NCBI GenBank assembly: GCA_030704615.1 | Contig: CM060732.1 | Location: 6,324,001-6,388,000 of the forward strand | DNA from: Takakia lepidozioides | Lineage: Eukaryota; Plantae; Bryophyta | Length of the DNA: 64,000 bases | Direction of reading: 5' to 3' | Shown here: in pieces, positions 49,584 to 62,984 of the stretch | Layout of the letters: every line of letters starts with the position of its first letter | Numbering within the stretch: the first letter of the stretch is position 1 | The notes under the pieces: model-generated | The model's input: the letters and a program-made list of their open reading frames with translations, nothing else | Databases searched by the model: none | What the model was told of the DNA's origin: nothing | Program-made: the position numbers and the translations under genes

Positions 49584-51816
49584 TCATATCAAAATGTCGT
49601 CCAAATAGATGACTACAAAGTTATCTAAAAATTCTCGAAAGATGTCATTCATCATATGTTGGAAAATTGCTAGAGCATTTGTAAGACCGAAAGACATAAC
49701 ACTGTATTCAAAATGTCCATACCTTGTTCGAAAAGCTATTTTCCATTCGTCTCCTTCTTTTATCCGTACAAGGTTATAAGCTCCTCTCAAGTTAATTTTG
49801 GTGAAAATCTTCGCTCGTCCCAATTGGTTGAGAAGCCCAGAAATCAGCGGCAACGGATAACGATTCTTAATTGTGACTTTGTTGAGACCGCGATAGTCCA
49901 CATACATGCGTAATGATCCGTCATTCTTTTTCACAAACAAGATATGCGCCCCCGCAGGTGATTTTGAATGTCGGATGAAGTTCTTCGACAAATTTTCATC
50001 AATGTACTCACGTAATGCAACCAACTCCATCTGGGATAAGTTATAGATTGGGCCGAATGTTGGTTGGGCTCCTTCTTGTAACTCAATTGCACAGTCATAA
50101 GGTCGATGTTCTGACAATATGTCTGCATTTTTCTTCTCGAAGACATCCTTGAAATCTTGATATTGAGTGGGTAATGTCGAAGTACCTTTGTCTGTTGTGG
50201 TCTTAATCGGAGTCGCATAAAGTGCAAATGCCGCATCCTTTCTGGTAGCTCTCATGAAAGCTCTAGCTCCAAGGAACAGAGGTTGAATACCTTTGATATT
50301 TCTACATTTTTGTCTTGCAGAAATTTTTCGCGATCGTCAGTCGATGTCAGGATTGTGAAGTACGAACCAGGGAAGTCCAAGGATCACATGATTCGTTGGA
50401 GACTGGATGATGTTGAAAACAATATGTGATGCTTGATCTTCAAGCTTCACTTCAAGTGATCGAGTTTCATGGTCAACATTTTCTGATGCTAACGGTCGTC
50501 CATCGATAACTTCAACGGGGGCTGACAGTTTCTTCTTTACGAGCGTTAAATTGTGTTGCTTCGCAAAGTTTTTGTCAATAAAACATGCTGAAGCCCTGAG
50601 TCCAAAAGTGCTTCTACAGAGATATCTCAATTTTGTACTCTGATTTTTATCGGAACTGTGAAGCAAGGTGCAGGGTCTGGAGGTAGAAAGAGATTTTTTT
50701 TTGTGAGGAATTTGTCGTGTCCAGCCGCATGGTCCGTACTGTGACTGTACATCTTCGTTTTCTGACCTCCTCGTATCGAACACTTGAGTTGCGCCCTGAG
50801 CTTTGAATCTTCTCTTGTTGGGGCAGTTTAATGCTATGTGATCTTCTTCTCCGCAATAGAGGCATAATCCATTCGAGCGTCGTCTTTGTTTTTCTTGTTG
50901 CGTCAATGGCTTGAATCGAACAACATTAATCTGCATAGAATCACTACCAGATGTCTGATGGATCGTTGTGTTTGGTGCCGTAGTAGCAGCGACATGATGC
51001 GTCGTCGATCATCCAGATCGCTTCTCTTGATGTCTTTCGAACAAACGATTATCTCATGCAATGACTTGGGTGATGAATTCACTCAGCGTGCTCACGTTTG
51101 GCATTGTCAGCAACAAATATTTTACATCCTCCTTTAGTCCACATCGAAACTGACTAATGAGACTCTTCTCAATCCAGTCGAGGTCGTACGCAAGTTGTCG
51201 AAATTCGGCAGCATAAATAGAAGCAGGACGTGCTCCTTGTCGAAGATTTCGCATCTTTGTCTCTGCAACTCTCTCCCTATCATTTTTTCCAAACGTTGTA
51301 GTGAACTCGGACATGAATGCTTCAAAATTGTATAGTAAATGCAATTTTTTTTTTCTAATAGCGGTTCAAACCAAGATAGGGCAGTGCCTGATCGAAAAGT
51401 GCCCACAAATCCCACTTGAATACCTTCATCGGGGTAGCATTGTGGATACAGTCGTAAGAATAGTCGTATTTGTTGAACAAAACCGCGAAATCTTGATCTT
51501 GTCCCATCAAATTTCTCGGGCATGCTGATCTTTGGTTCTCTCGTAATCTGTTAAAGAGGAACCGTTGTAGTAGGAGCTATTGCAGTAGAAACTCGTATGG
51601 TTGAAGATCCATTGTTCGACTGTTTTGACTTTGGAATTTGTTGTTGTAAACTGTGGAAAGCGTTGTCAAGATCTTGAGACTGATCAGCTTGTAATTGGGC
51701 GGTAGAGGTACGAAGTTCTTACATCTGGAGCTGAAGACTCTGCAATGTGACAACCATTTCCGCAAATGTGTCTTCCATCTTAACTAACTAAGGAACAAAC
51801 TTTAGTCTCGCCAAAC
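49584..51816 (-). mobile_element. Tcn1/Tf-like gypsy gag-PR-RT remnant
   Basis: [62 protein letters not shown]; truncated right after YLDD. Confidence 0.92.
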
Positions 51817-51838
51817 TGTCAAGGACGAGAGCATGACT

Positions 51839-54800
51839 TGTCGCGCACCTCACTTCGGTAAGCTCCCCTTCAAGTCATAGTTACTCGCTTTGATGCGCGC
51901 GCCTGACTCCCAACCTGGCCGCCGGGCCAACTTGGAGCTTCGGCTGCTCACCGGGACATAACGGTCCCCCTTCGCTCCCCCGAAAGACCCTCCACCTATT
52001 TGGGCCTAGTGGAATTCCCTTTGGTAGATGGCAGTCTGGAACAGCTCCCCACTCTTTGGTCGCTTTCCGGCTCGCTCGCTTACTCACTAGTTTTTGGTCA
52101 CCAACGGGCTTGCACCGTTCTCGGGGTTACTACTCCCTATATATACTTCTGTAGCTGTCCGCGGGGGGTCCACAAACAGCCATACCATTTTATGGTGAAC
52201 CACCACGAAGACCCTCGATTCCCGGTGGTGAGTCGCGGTGAGTCTTTGGCCCACTCACCGCGGCCCCAATGGACCGTGATGAGTCCCAAGACTCCCCACA
52301 ACTCCCACCTCGAGGTCTCCACCCCATGGTGAGTCCTATGCCACCCCCACTAAGTCCCGCTAAGCTACCACCACTCCTTGTGGAGCCACCCCCACCGCAA
52401 CCCGGTGTGCGGGGCTCCGCCTCCTTGAGTGCCTTGGGCACTCAAGGGTGCTTCAGCCCCCGTATCTATCGCTGCTACTGCCCCCACCACAGGGGCAGCC
52501 CCTTCTGTGTCCCGACCCCCTGCCCTCAAGGCAAAGGGCCGCGACACACACCTCTACCAACAGGGAGTCGATGTCCTCATCGACTTGTCCATTTTGTAGA
52601 AACGAACATCCAAGTTGTGGCGTCCCACATCAAGGAGTTTGTTTCCGCACCATGGCGTCCCATGGCAAAGAACCAAACCCCACACTTGATTCTACTCTCT
52701 ACTAGCTAGTTCGGCCGACTTCCTCCAAGTCCCGGCCAAGGGTGGAGCCTCTCTAACTCCTCCCAGTGCACTCTTCTTGGCCTACTTCAAGGCCAAGGAA
52801 CGATCCTCCCCGAGGATCGAATCGCCTTATTGCAACAACATTGCTTGCGATCGCTCATGATGCCGCTTTTGGCATCACCTTGAGCAAGGGTTCACCTGGA
52901 ACCCTCTTTGATTAGGAAGATAACCTTGAATCAACCGTGCGCCCCAATCACTACAATTGGGTCCGCCTTGGAATGCTGGCCTGAGGTACGGGAACACGCC
53001 GAAGCCGCACTACAACTTCGTCCCGAGGCTACACGATTATAGTACGTGAACGGAAGCACGTAGCTTCCGCGTTAGCCCGCACTACAAGACAACCCCCTCG
53101 GTAGCGCAGTTATAGTACGCGCACGCGCCAGGTGCGCACTAGCACGTGAACTCCCAAGGAAGGCGCAAGTTGCCTTGCCCCTTGGATGGGGGTCACCCGA
53201 TTTCGGCACTACGCAAACACACGATTAACCCAATTTACCTCTCCCACTTTTGTAAGCTAGCATGCATTCTACACACTAGCCAACCATACCATGCATCACC
53301 ATTCCAAACAAAATAGGACGCACAACATTTGGAAGCCATTTCATTTATAGCAAGTTTTGTACAATACAAGTTTTTGCAATCGGATTCCTGAGCTAGCTAA
53401 GCCGGGCTAAGCATGCATTTCCTCCCCCACGCTCCAAGGTTGATGTCCCCATCAACGCTTCTTCCGCTTTTGAGGTCGCCCTTCGAACGCTGCAACCGCC
53501 TCGGATGCGTTTCCCATTTCTGAGGCACGCACCCAAGATGCCTCCACATGATGATAGCCCTTCCATTTGACGAGATACTCCGTTTTTCGGTTCTTGAACC
53601 TCCTCGACTTAAGTACTGCCTCCACCTCATACTCAGGTTCATTTCCATGATCCAACAGCACAGGTGGCAGACGCAACACTTGATGCCGATTCGGACGCGC
53701 TTCATCTTTGAAGTAAGGCTTCAAAAGGGATACGTGGAATACTGGATGCACCTTGCTGTTTGCCGGCAGCTCCAATTCATATACATCCTCATTCATAACC
53801 TTCCGGATGCGAAAGGGACCCGCATATGGAGGTGTGAATTTTGGACTCACTTCCGGAGGTAGTCGAAAATTCTTGATGTTCAACCAGACTTCCGTGCCTG
53901 CCTCAAACTTCACTTCCCTCCGCTTCCGATTCGCCTGCCTTTCATACCGTTTCCTAGCTTTGGCAATGTTGTACTTTGCGAGCTTCAACAAACGCTCGCG
54001 TTCTTCCAGTACCGCCGCTACTGCCGGTTCCTCAACGTCCTGGGCGGCCCAACTTGTCGGCACCAGAGGTGCTTTTCCATAGACCAATACGAAAGGGAAA
54101 ACTCCCGTTGCGGAGTGTTCTGTGTTATTATAACAGAACTCTACCGCGTCTAAGTGTTCCACCCAGTCTGATTGGTCTGCCGACACGTAATCCCGCAAGA
54201 TCTGCTTCACTACGGAATTCACTCTTTCCGTTTGGCCGTCGGTCATAGGTCGAAAGGCGGTGCTCATCTTCAGCCTTGTCCCCATCTTCTTCCAAAGTGT
54301 CCTCCAAAATTTACTCGTAAACTTTGGATCGCGGTCCGAGAAAATATCCTTCGGGACTCCATGATGCTTTAAGACGTGGGCAAAGTAAAGTCGCCATGTC
54401 TCCTGCGCCGTTGCCGTCTCTTTGGTGGGGATGAAATGGCCCATTTTACTGAACCTATCCACCACCACCATGATTGCATCGAATCCTTTTGACAGCGGCA
54501 TAGCAGTCATGAAATCCATCGAGACGCTTTCCCAAGTCCCCTCTGGAATCGGCAAGGGTTGTAACAGCCCCCGCTTGCTTTTTGTACTCGCTCCGGTTTT
54601 GTTGGCATGTGGTGCATGTCTTGACATACTCCTCTGTCTCCTCCCTCAGTTTGGGCGAGAAATACTCTTTCTTCAAGAGTGTCGCAGTGCACTTGACTCC
54701 GCCGTGGCCCGCAAGCGGGCTATCATGGCATTCTCTCAAGAGACTATCCCTGATCCCTCCATTCGGCATGTAGAGACACTTTTGCTTATACCGGAGCAGT

Positions 54801-57800
54801 CCATTTTGCAAGTGGAACTGCGATTTAACCCCCATCCTCAAGTCTTGCATCACGGACTTCGCCAGCTCATCCTTCCGGCAAGCCTTCCGGATCTTCCTTT
54901 GGAGTGCCGTCTCGCCCCTATGCACCAACATGAGCTGCTGCTTTCTACTTAAAGCATCGGCCACCACATTGTCCCGTCCCGGTTTGTACTGGATATCCAC
55001 GTCGAACACCGCCAAAGTATCTTGCCACCTAAGTTGTTTTGGGGACAACTTGGGCTGCGTGGCAAAATACTTCACCGTGACATTGTCCGTGAACACCTTC
55101 ACTGGGTTGGAACCAACATAGTGGCGCCAAAGTTCAAGGCAATGCACCACCGCCTTCATCTCTTTTTCGTGCGTCGGCCACCGTCGCTCCACTTCATTCA
55201 GTTTCTTACTTTCATAAGCCACTGGACGTCCATCTTGCATAAGTACACCCCCAATCGCGAAGTCCGATGCATCTGTATGAATCTCAAACGGACGATCGAA
55301 CTCGGGGATTTTCAAGACTGGAGCTTCCGCCATCCGCTGCTTCAATTCAGCAAAAGCTTGGCCACAAAACGTATTCCATGCCCAGACTTTGGATTTACAC
55401 AGAAGGTCGGACAGCGGCCCCGCGATCTTGGCGAAATTTCTCACATACTTCCGGTAATAGGAGGCGAGTCCTAGGAAGGATCGCACTCCCGGGACCGAAG
55501 TCGGAGGCTCCCAGTCCAAGATCGCCCTCACCTTTCTGTCGTCCATTTTGATCCCATCCTGTGTAATCACATGCCCCAAGAACTCCACTTTCATGACCCC
55601 GAATTCGCACTTTGAAGCTTTGGCGTACAACTTCCCTTCCCGCAATTTTTGGAACACCCTTTTGAGGTGCTCCAGGTGCTCCTCCTTTGTTTTCGAGTAC
55701 ACCAAGATGTCGTCGATGTACACGATCACAAAGTCATCCAACCACTCCTGAAAAAGGCTGTTCATTAGCGTGCTAAAGGTCGCAGGTGCATTGGTGAGCC
55801 CAAAAGGCATCACCAAGAACTCATATGAACCATACCTTGTCCTGCACGCGGTCTTCTCCTCATCTCCTTCCGCCACCCGAATTTGATGGTAGCCGGAGCG
55901 CAAGTCGATCCGGCTGAAGTACTTCGCTCCTGCCAACCGGTCGAAAAGGTCGTCGATCCTTGGCAAAGGGTACCAGTTTTTAATAGTCACCTTATTCAGA
56001 GCCCTGTAATCGACACACATCCGCAACGTCCCATCCTTCTTGTCTGCGAATAGCACCGGGGCTCCGTAAGGTGACTTACTCGGTCGGATGTACCCCTTTG
56101 ACATTAGATCCTTGAGCTGAGTCTTCAGCTCGACCAACTCTCTGTGGCTCAACCGGTAGGGCGCCTTGGCAGGCGGTTCCGATCCCGGTATCACCTCAAT
56201 CTTGTGGTCAACTCCTCTTCGCGGTGGCAAGCCGCTTGGTAAATCCTCCGGCATCACATCTTGGTATTTCTCCAAAATCCCCTTGATCCAATCTGGGCTC
56301 GGCTCCCCATTGCCTTCTCCCTTCACTCTAATGTAAAGCAGAAACTGGGGCTCGTGTGCCTCCTCCACGGCCCACTCCCTTGCTGACAGAAGGTTTATTC
56401 GCCCTCCCACGGATTTGGGCGTTTCCGACACCCGTAAGACCTCACCACCATTCCAACATGGCAGCGTGACTACTCTCTTGCGGCCATCTATGACCGCTCT
56501 GGATTTGCTCAAAAAGGTCATCCCCAAAATGAGATCCACTCCATCGATCTCGCAGATGGTGAAGTTCTCACGTCCCTGCCAACTCCCTAGTTGAAGAGGA
56601 ACATCGAACGCCAACCTTGTCGCTAGCTGTGGTTCTCCTTTGGCAGAACGCACCTCAATAGAGGCCCCCACGTCACTTGTCGGGAGTCCCAGCTTTTGTG
56701 CCGTTGCCGGTGTCATGAAGGAGTGCGACGCTCCTATGTCCACCAACAATGACACGTTAGTTCCGGATATTATCCCATCCACGAACAGTAACTGACTCCC
56801 TTTACGTAAGGCGCCAGTTTCCTGATACAACTCACAAGAAAATGTGCCTACCTTGCAAGTCCTGGCGACCACCGCTTCCACCAGGCGACTGATGGTATCT
56901 TCTGACAGCTCTGTGGTCGTCCGAGTCATGTTCAACTGTCGGGGCTTCGTGCACTTCTTGGCCATGTGCCCGGGCTCCCCGCAATTGAAACACACTCCAT
57001 CAAAGGTCGCCTTCTGTCCGCCATAAGCCGCTGCACCTGCTTTTTCTTTCGGAGCACCAGGTGCCGCCTTGACGTGTGAAGGCCCTCCCTTCGATTTCCA
57101 CGTGCCATTATTGCCGCGTGGCCTATCCCACTTCTTTTCCGGTCGGAAAGAGTCACCTTCCCGCCGGGCCTTCTTGTGGTTCAGCTCCGTACGGCCTTGT
57201 CTTTCACCCCTAGGGACATCCGAGAAACATTCCGCCCTCTCAATTGCCTCGTTCAAAGTCTTAGGCGGCTTCTCCTCCAACTTCCGCCTGGCCCACAGGG
57301 CCAAACCCGCCACAAAGTTGAAGACCATTTCTGGTTCTGCCATGTCTGCGACTTCGAGCAGCAACACATTGAAAGCCTGAACATAACCCCGAATGTCATC
57401 CGTTTGCTTCAAATTCCTCATCTTGTCCCGGGCAAGCCAGGACGCGTTGAGGGGCACAAACTGTCTCTTCATCAATTCCTTGAACCCACTCCAGTTCAAG
57501 GTTTCCGGGCTCGGACCTCGGTCGTGAAGGCGTTTCTGCCACCATTGTTGAGCATAGCCCCTCAAATAGGTGGGAGCCACTTCCACCCGATCCTCGTCAC
57601 TCAACTTGGCTGCCCGGAAGTACTGCTCTAGCTCCAGGAGCCAGGTGTTGAGTGCCTTCCGATTTTGGACGCCCTTGAAGGTGCCGGGTTCCTTAGGCTT
57701 CACCTTAAACTTTGCCTTAGTGGAAGTGGCATTAGCCGCTCCCCCAAAAGACCCTCCACCTATTTGGACCTAGTGGAATTCCGTTTGGTAGATGGCAGTC

Positions 57801-58327
57801 CGGAACAGCTCCCCACTCTTTGGTCGCTTTCCGGCTCGCTCGCTTACTCACTAGTTTTTGGTCACCAACGGGCTTGCACCGTTCTCAGGGTTACTACTCC
57901 CTATATATACTTCTGTAGCTGTCCGCGGGGGTTCCACAAACAGCCATACCATTTTATGGTGAACCACCACGAAGACCCTCGATTCCCGGTGGTGAGTCGC
58001 GGTGAGTCTTTGGCCCACTCACCGCGGCCCCAATGGACCGTGATGAGTCCCAAGACTCCCCACGACTCCCACCTCGAGGTCTCCACCCCATGGTGAGTCC
58101 TATGCCACCCCCACTAAGTCCCGCTAAGCTACCACCACCCCTTGTGGAGCCACCCCCACCGCAACCCGGTGTGCGGGGCTCCGCCTAGTGAGCGCCTCCG
58201 CCTCCTTGAGTGCCTTGGGCACTCAAGGGTGCTTCAGCCCCCGTATCTATCGCTGCTACTGCCCCCACCACAGGGTCAGCCCCTTCTGTGTCCCGACCCC
58301 CTGCCCTCAAGGCAAAGGGCCGCGATA
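51839..58327 (-). mobile_element. Near-complete chromovirus (Galadriel-like) LTR retrotransposon with 5-bp TSD TGACT
   Basis: LTRs 51839-52546 and 57739-58327 (partial); TSD at 51834-51838 and 58328-58332; a deletion at ~57738 removes U5, PBS and the gag start. Confidence 0.95.
53452..57703 (-). pseudogene. gag-PR-RT-RH-INT-chromodomain polyprotein with one frameshift near 54570
   Basis: [64 protein letters not shown]. Confidence 0.95.
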
Positions 58328-60041
58328 TGACTGAACACAAACAAGAGATCAGACTAGAGGTACAAGACTAGACAAGAAGTCAAGGTCGGCGTGGCCGAAT
58401 GCATGATGGGTATAAATCAAGATGATCTTTATAACAATGGACAAGAGTACAAGATACTGGAACTTGACTTGGATACTGGAATGCTGGAAACTGGATTGGA
58501 GTACTGGGACTGGAAACAAGAGTAGCTTGAACTTGTGTTGGCGAGACTGAAGAGTGTCCAGTTTCGCCTCCTATATATACTGGCTACTAGGAGGTTCCCT
58601 AAGAGGCTCCCCCAAAGGAGGTTTCTTGATGGAGAAGCTTCTTTAAACAAGGAGGTATCTTGATGGAGAAGTTTCCTCCAATGGAAGCTTCCTGAGCAGT
58701 TTCCCAAGTTACTCTTAGTAATTTGGTAAACTCCCGGTAACTTGGTAACTAATAGTAAATCATGGTAGATCATGATAAATCACGGTAAGTCATTGTAACT
58801 TTCGGTAACATGGTAACTTAGTAACTTCTGGTATTTACTCATGGTAACTTCTTCTGGGCTATGTCCGTGACAGGAGGTGTTCAGTGTGGACCACAAGACA
58901 ATACAATACTAGCCAAGTATCGATCCAAAGGTCTGGGTCAGTGTGTAATATTACTTGACGTCAACATCTATTAGGTTGTTCATCGATTATGTCATTTAAT
59001 GTTTGAGATTAGACAGTGGAGATGTGATGTGAAAGAATGGTCTGAAGAAGCACGCGCGATCGCGTGCGCTTCATTTGATACTTCTATTCGTGGGACCAAC
59101 ATCAACACTATTGATACCCAGATGATTAGCTAAACACATATGAGGACATCTCTGAGTACATCCTCAAAACTGTAAAGTGATATGCAAGACATTAGTTCAC
59201 ATCATACAATGTCAACTAAAATCTTGCGTCGCACTTTATCAGTCTTGCCGTGCACACAGAGTATGATAGTTCCTGTATGTGGTGGCATGGTCACTCTTAT
59301 GTATGAAGGGAGGAGGTGTTCAGGGTAGACCACAAGACTAGCCTTGCACACTGAACATGTTATCAGAATATGGATGTTCTAGAAACAAATCTAACAATCG
59401 CAATGTTAAATAAAATCTTGTGGTTAACTTGATATGTAATAAAATGCAAATATCTGAAGTATGTCCCAGAATGTGTGAGCTATGTCAATGCTTGTCATGA
59501 TGGGTTGATTCGTATATTTGGAATATAGATGTGTTGTAGTATGACTTCTTCGTTTCATTTTTATTCTAAATATAAATTACGGCATGTTCTCAATGTCCTT
59601 TAATAGTCCTCCCGGTAGACTTCTCCTAGTGGGATGAAATTAGTTCATCTGTTCCTCAACTCAATAACGCGCGATCGCACGTGGTTCTGAAGATCCTACA
59701 CCTCAGAAGAATTTTCTTGGGATCACGGATGTCAGGATACTTTTCTATGACAGAAAGAACAGAGTCATGGATAAGGATTATGTTGGCCATGCTTAGCAAC
59801 CTCGTTGTTGCTTCTACTGATTTGTTGTACTGGCACCTTACCATACACTTCTCAACTTGTACATTTGCCCACAACCACCAAGTTTTGAAGAACTATCTAA
59901 TCAGATTTGGCTCGACTTCTATTTTTCTGATGCTTAATATTAGTAGGAGACCATGGCACGAAGAGTGCGAGAAGCCATGAGCATCACCGCACATGAAAAT
60001 ACTGACTACCTTGACCACCTTTCTACTTGATCATCCGATAT

Positions 60042-60870
60042 AGAGAGTCAACTTGATATTCATGGCTGCTAGCTAGCAGCTAGATATCTAAAAATGAAGG
60101 GCATGGCCACCCTCTCGATGCCTCTACTTGTGTTGCACACACGACAAATAACCTTGTTGCCCTTACCACCTGCAAAAGGAAGGCCTTATACCAAACCCAA
60201 CACTGCCTTTGCTGTGGGACACAGGCAAAGGGGACAAAAGGCTACCACAGAGTGAGCACACATATGTTGTGTGGTAGCCTGAGCATGCATGCAGTCGGTC
60301 GTGCAGCAAGGACGCTGCACCATGGGCCAGTAGGGCGTCACGCTCCATCTCCCCAAACTGAATTCCTCCCCCAAATTCTTGGCCTTTTACTGGCTGCCTT
60401 GTTACTGGATCACATGCCTACCTGTTCAAGAATAGAAGTACATTAATCACATATTCTTACAGGCCCGGCCAGCATGTGCCCATACTATGGAGCTTAAGAG
60501 GGTGTAATGCGAGAAGCCTCTGAAACCAGACCATAAAAAAGAGCCATGAAAGGGCACTTGGGGAAGAAAATTGGGTTCAACAGACCAGTAAATGGCAAGC
60601 ACAAAAAGGGAGAACCTCCAAACAACACCCCCCCTACCGTCTCTCCTCTCTTGCTCCTCAAAATGTTGATACCTAATACTTGTCAGACACCATGTGTCAC
60701 AATTGATGATGATGTGTGGACGCATGCCAGTTTCTGCAGAAAAAGGCATATCAACATTAGGCCATAGCTGTGACAACGTCACTCCCTTCTGACCATTCCG
60801 ACTGCTGAATTTATCTCCTATCTGAGTGTTCCGGCCATGTCGCACCCGTATGGTCACCTTATAAAAAAAC
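60042..60870 (-). pseudogene. NRPA2: RNA polymerase I second-largest subunit (RPA2/NRPA2) C-terminal pseudogene fragment
   Basis: IGDKFSSRNGQKGV..QLWPNVDMPFS..GMRP.IIIN; [36 protein letters not shown]; MPFIFRYLAA..AAMNIK; intron remnants and frameshifts. Confidence 0.85.
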
Positions 60871-61357
60871 ACTACACTAGTGTCATGCTCATGCAAATGA
60901 TAAAAAATTGATACCACTAGTGTTGTCAATTCTCATATTATGGTAACCACTGGCCAGTAGACTGCAGGATTATTTATGCTGGACATGGGCACCTATGCAC
61001 AAAATTTTAGTGTGACCACTTACACATCCCATTTATGTTTCCCCAATGCTGCTTCCAGATATTCCAAACACCATCTGCCCTCCTCTGGACCACATAGCAT
61101 AATCTTGAACACAAGTTTGAACCTGGACCAGCCACAAACTGTTCACCCTACCCTGACCACTGGGCTCTCAGTTGAGGTAACCATCGTGTAGACTAGATCC
61201 TGCAAAGGTTGCAGAAAGAATGCTACACTAAGTCAACACATATCAACATTGTGGCCCCTGCACAATTCAGCAAATTTATTCGGTTTCATACAGTCATGAG
61301 CACTTCTATTGCCAACCTCAGTACTTCGGTTGCAAGGCATCCAGCCTATGCCAATCC

Positions 61358-62984
61358 CTAATCATCCTCTTCCAAAGATGCTATGACAGAGTTGATACCA
61401 GTCCGCATGTCTTCAGTCAGCTCATATACAACATCGTTTCCACTTGCCCTGTAATCTTTTGGGGGCATGAGGAACTTCATTGCACACACCAAATGAGAAT
61501 GTAGATAGACCAGGCGAGAGTCCTTCAATAAAACATAAGAGGATTCACTAGTGCCCCACTTCTGATAATATAGGCCAGCAACTACTTCGTCCCCTTCAAC
61601 AAAAGATGTCCCCCACTTATCCTTGAAAGACCTTTTGACTTCATGGAGTGTCTTTGTACAGTTAACTATCCAAAAAGAAATGCTTTCCGAGTTGCCAGCC
61701 TCCGCATTCACGAGGTAGTGCCACTCCTGTCAACGTCATCCGCCTTTACATGCCAAAACATCCTGCGCAATGGCCTTCTCAATCCAGAGTAGGAAGATTC
61801 TGGCTGCTGTGATAAATGCTCTCGTAAAAATACCACTACCTCCTCTGCATTCTGAAGTTTGCGTCCTTGAGCATCCAGTTGTGCTCTTCTTAGAAACCTG
61901 ACAAGATATCAACAATGAAAGAACCGTGAAACATATGAAGCAAGTTGACAGTACTTAGTCTTGGGAAGCATCACCATGATATTTCGGTGCAAACTGAATA
62001 ATATTCAAAATGAAGTTGACAACTGACCTCTTGATAACAGCACCGGGACCATCGTGTGGGCCCTTGCCATGGCCACTGCCAAAGAAGCTCCAAATGATTT
62101 TGCAACCCCCTGTGATATTTGGGTACTTGCTTACAAAGTACCACGGCTTTGAGCTTTTAAATTGAGAGGCACAACCATCAGACCAAATCCAATGCCACTT
62201 GGGTGCATGACCATGACGACCCATGTGACTCCAATGCAACTTGAAACAACGTTGCACAAACTCAGAGTCATGCTTTCGGTCATCAGAAATATAGAAGTGG
62301 TACTCCGTGAGAATACGCGATTCCTCATCATATGGATCAGCATCAGGGTTATGACGAAATGTAATGTGCACAAGAATACTAATTTGATAAGTATGCCAAT
62401 GCATACTCTGAACCTCATTCTGAATCTCAAAGCTGTAGTTCTCAGCAAAATCCACAACAGACACTATTGTGTCTTTTGGAAATGAGTTGATGCAGGTCTT
62501 GAATTGCTTGTCCTCCCACCGTGCCACAAAGTTGTGCTTCACAAAGTTATGCAACTTAGGCTTAAAGTAGTTCACAAACTCGTCAGACATAGTTTTCTTG
62601 TAAGCTATTGTCAGTTTCTTCAAAGGTTTGCCAGCTTGGGACATGGTGGTTTACATAGCAAACCTCCTCCACTGAACTAGCCCAGTGCCTGATCCATCAT
62701 TGTCATCAGGGCGGAATGGAAAGATCTTCAGACCACACTTCTTGCACTGCCCAAATAGACATTCACGTTTGTGCCACTCATCCTCAACCCTTTTTTGGCA
62801 AACAATAGATTCCCACAATTCGGTAATTCCCTTGTAAACCTTCAACTGTGCTCCACAAGATGATTGATTAGGGTGGAAGCATAAACCAGAGCATTGGCAC
62901 TTACATACCTCTTTGTCATGAAGACCAGAAGTTACCCTCATATTGTTCAGACCAATTCGAAGTTCGTTCAGCTCAACGTGGTAC
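61358..62984 (-). pseudogene. DDD-type DNA transposase, probably Sola2-like, degenerate
   Basis: VVDFAENYSFEIQNEVQSMHW, WSDGCASQFK, FGSGHGKGPHDG; upstream Cys-rich region. Superfamily assigned from recalled motifs only. Confidence 0.65.

Larger units (their letters stand above)
51817..58872 (-). mobile_element. 5' LTR of the Tcn1-like element (51817-51838 plus 58333-58872), split by a nested chromovirus
   Basis: Termini TGTCACGGAC...GTCCTTGACA; TATA box near 58572-58579; PBS TTTGGCGAGACT adjacent to the LTR. Confidence 0.85.

Noticed and set aside
54422-57631. Plus-strand ORFs antisense to the chromovirus pol (and similar shadow ORFs across the window)
   Set aside because: They are shadows of real coding frames with no independent motifs.
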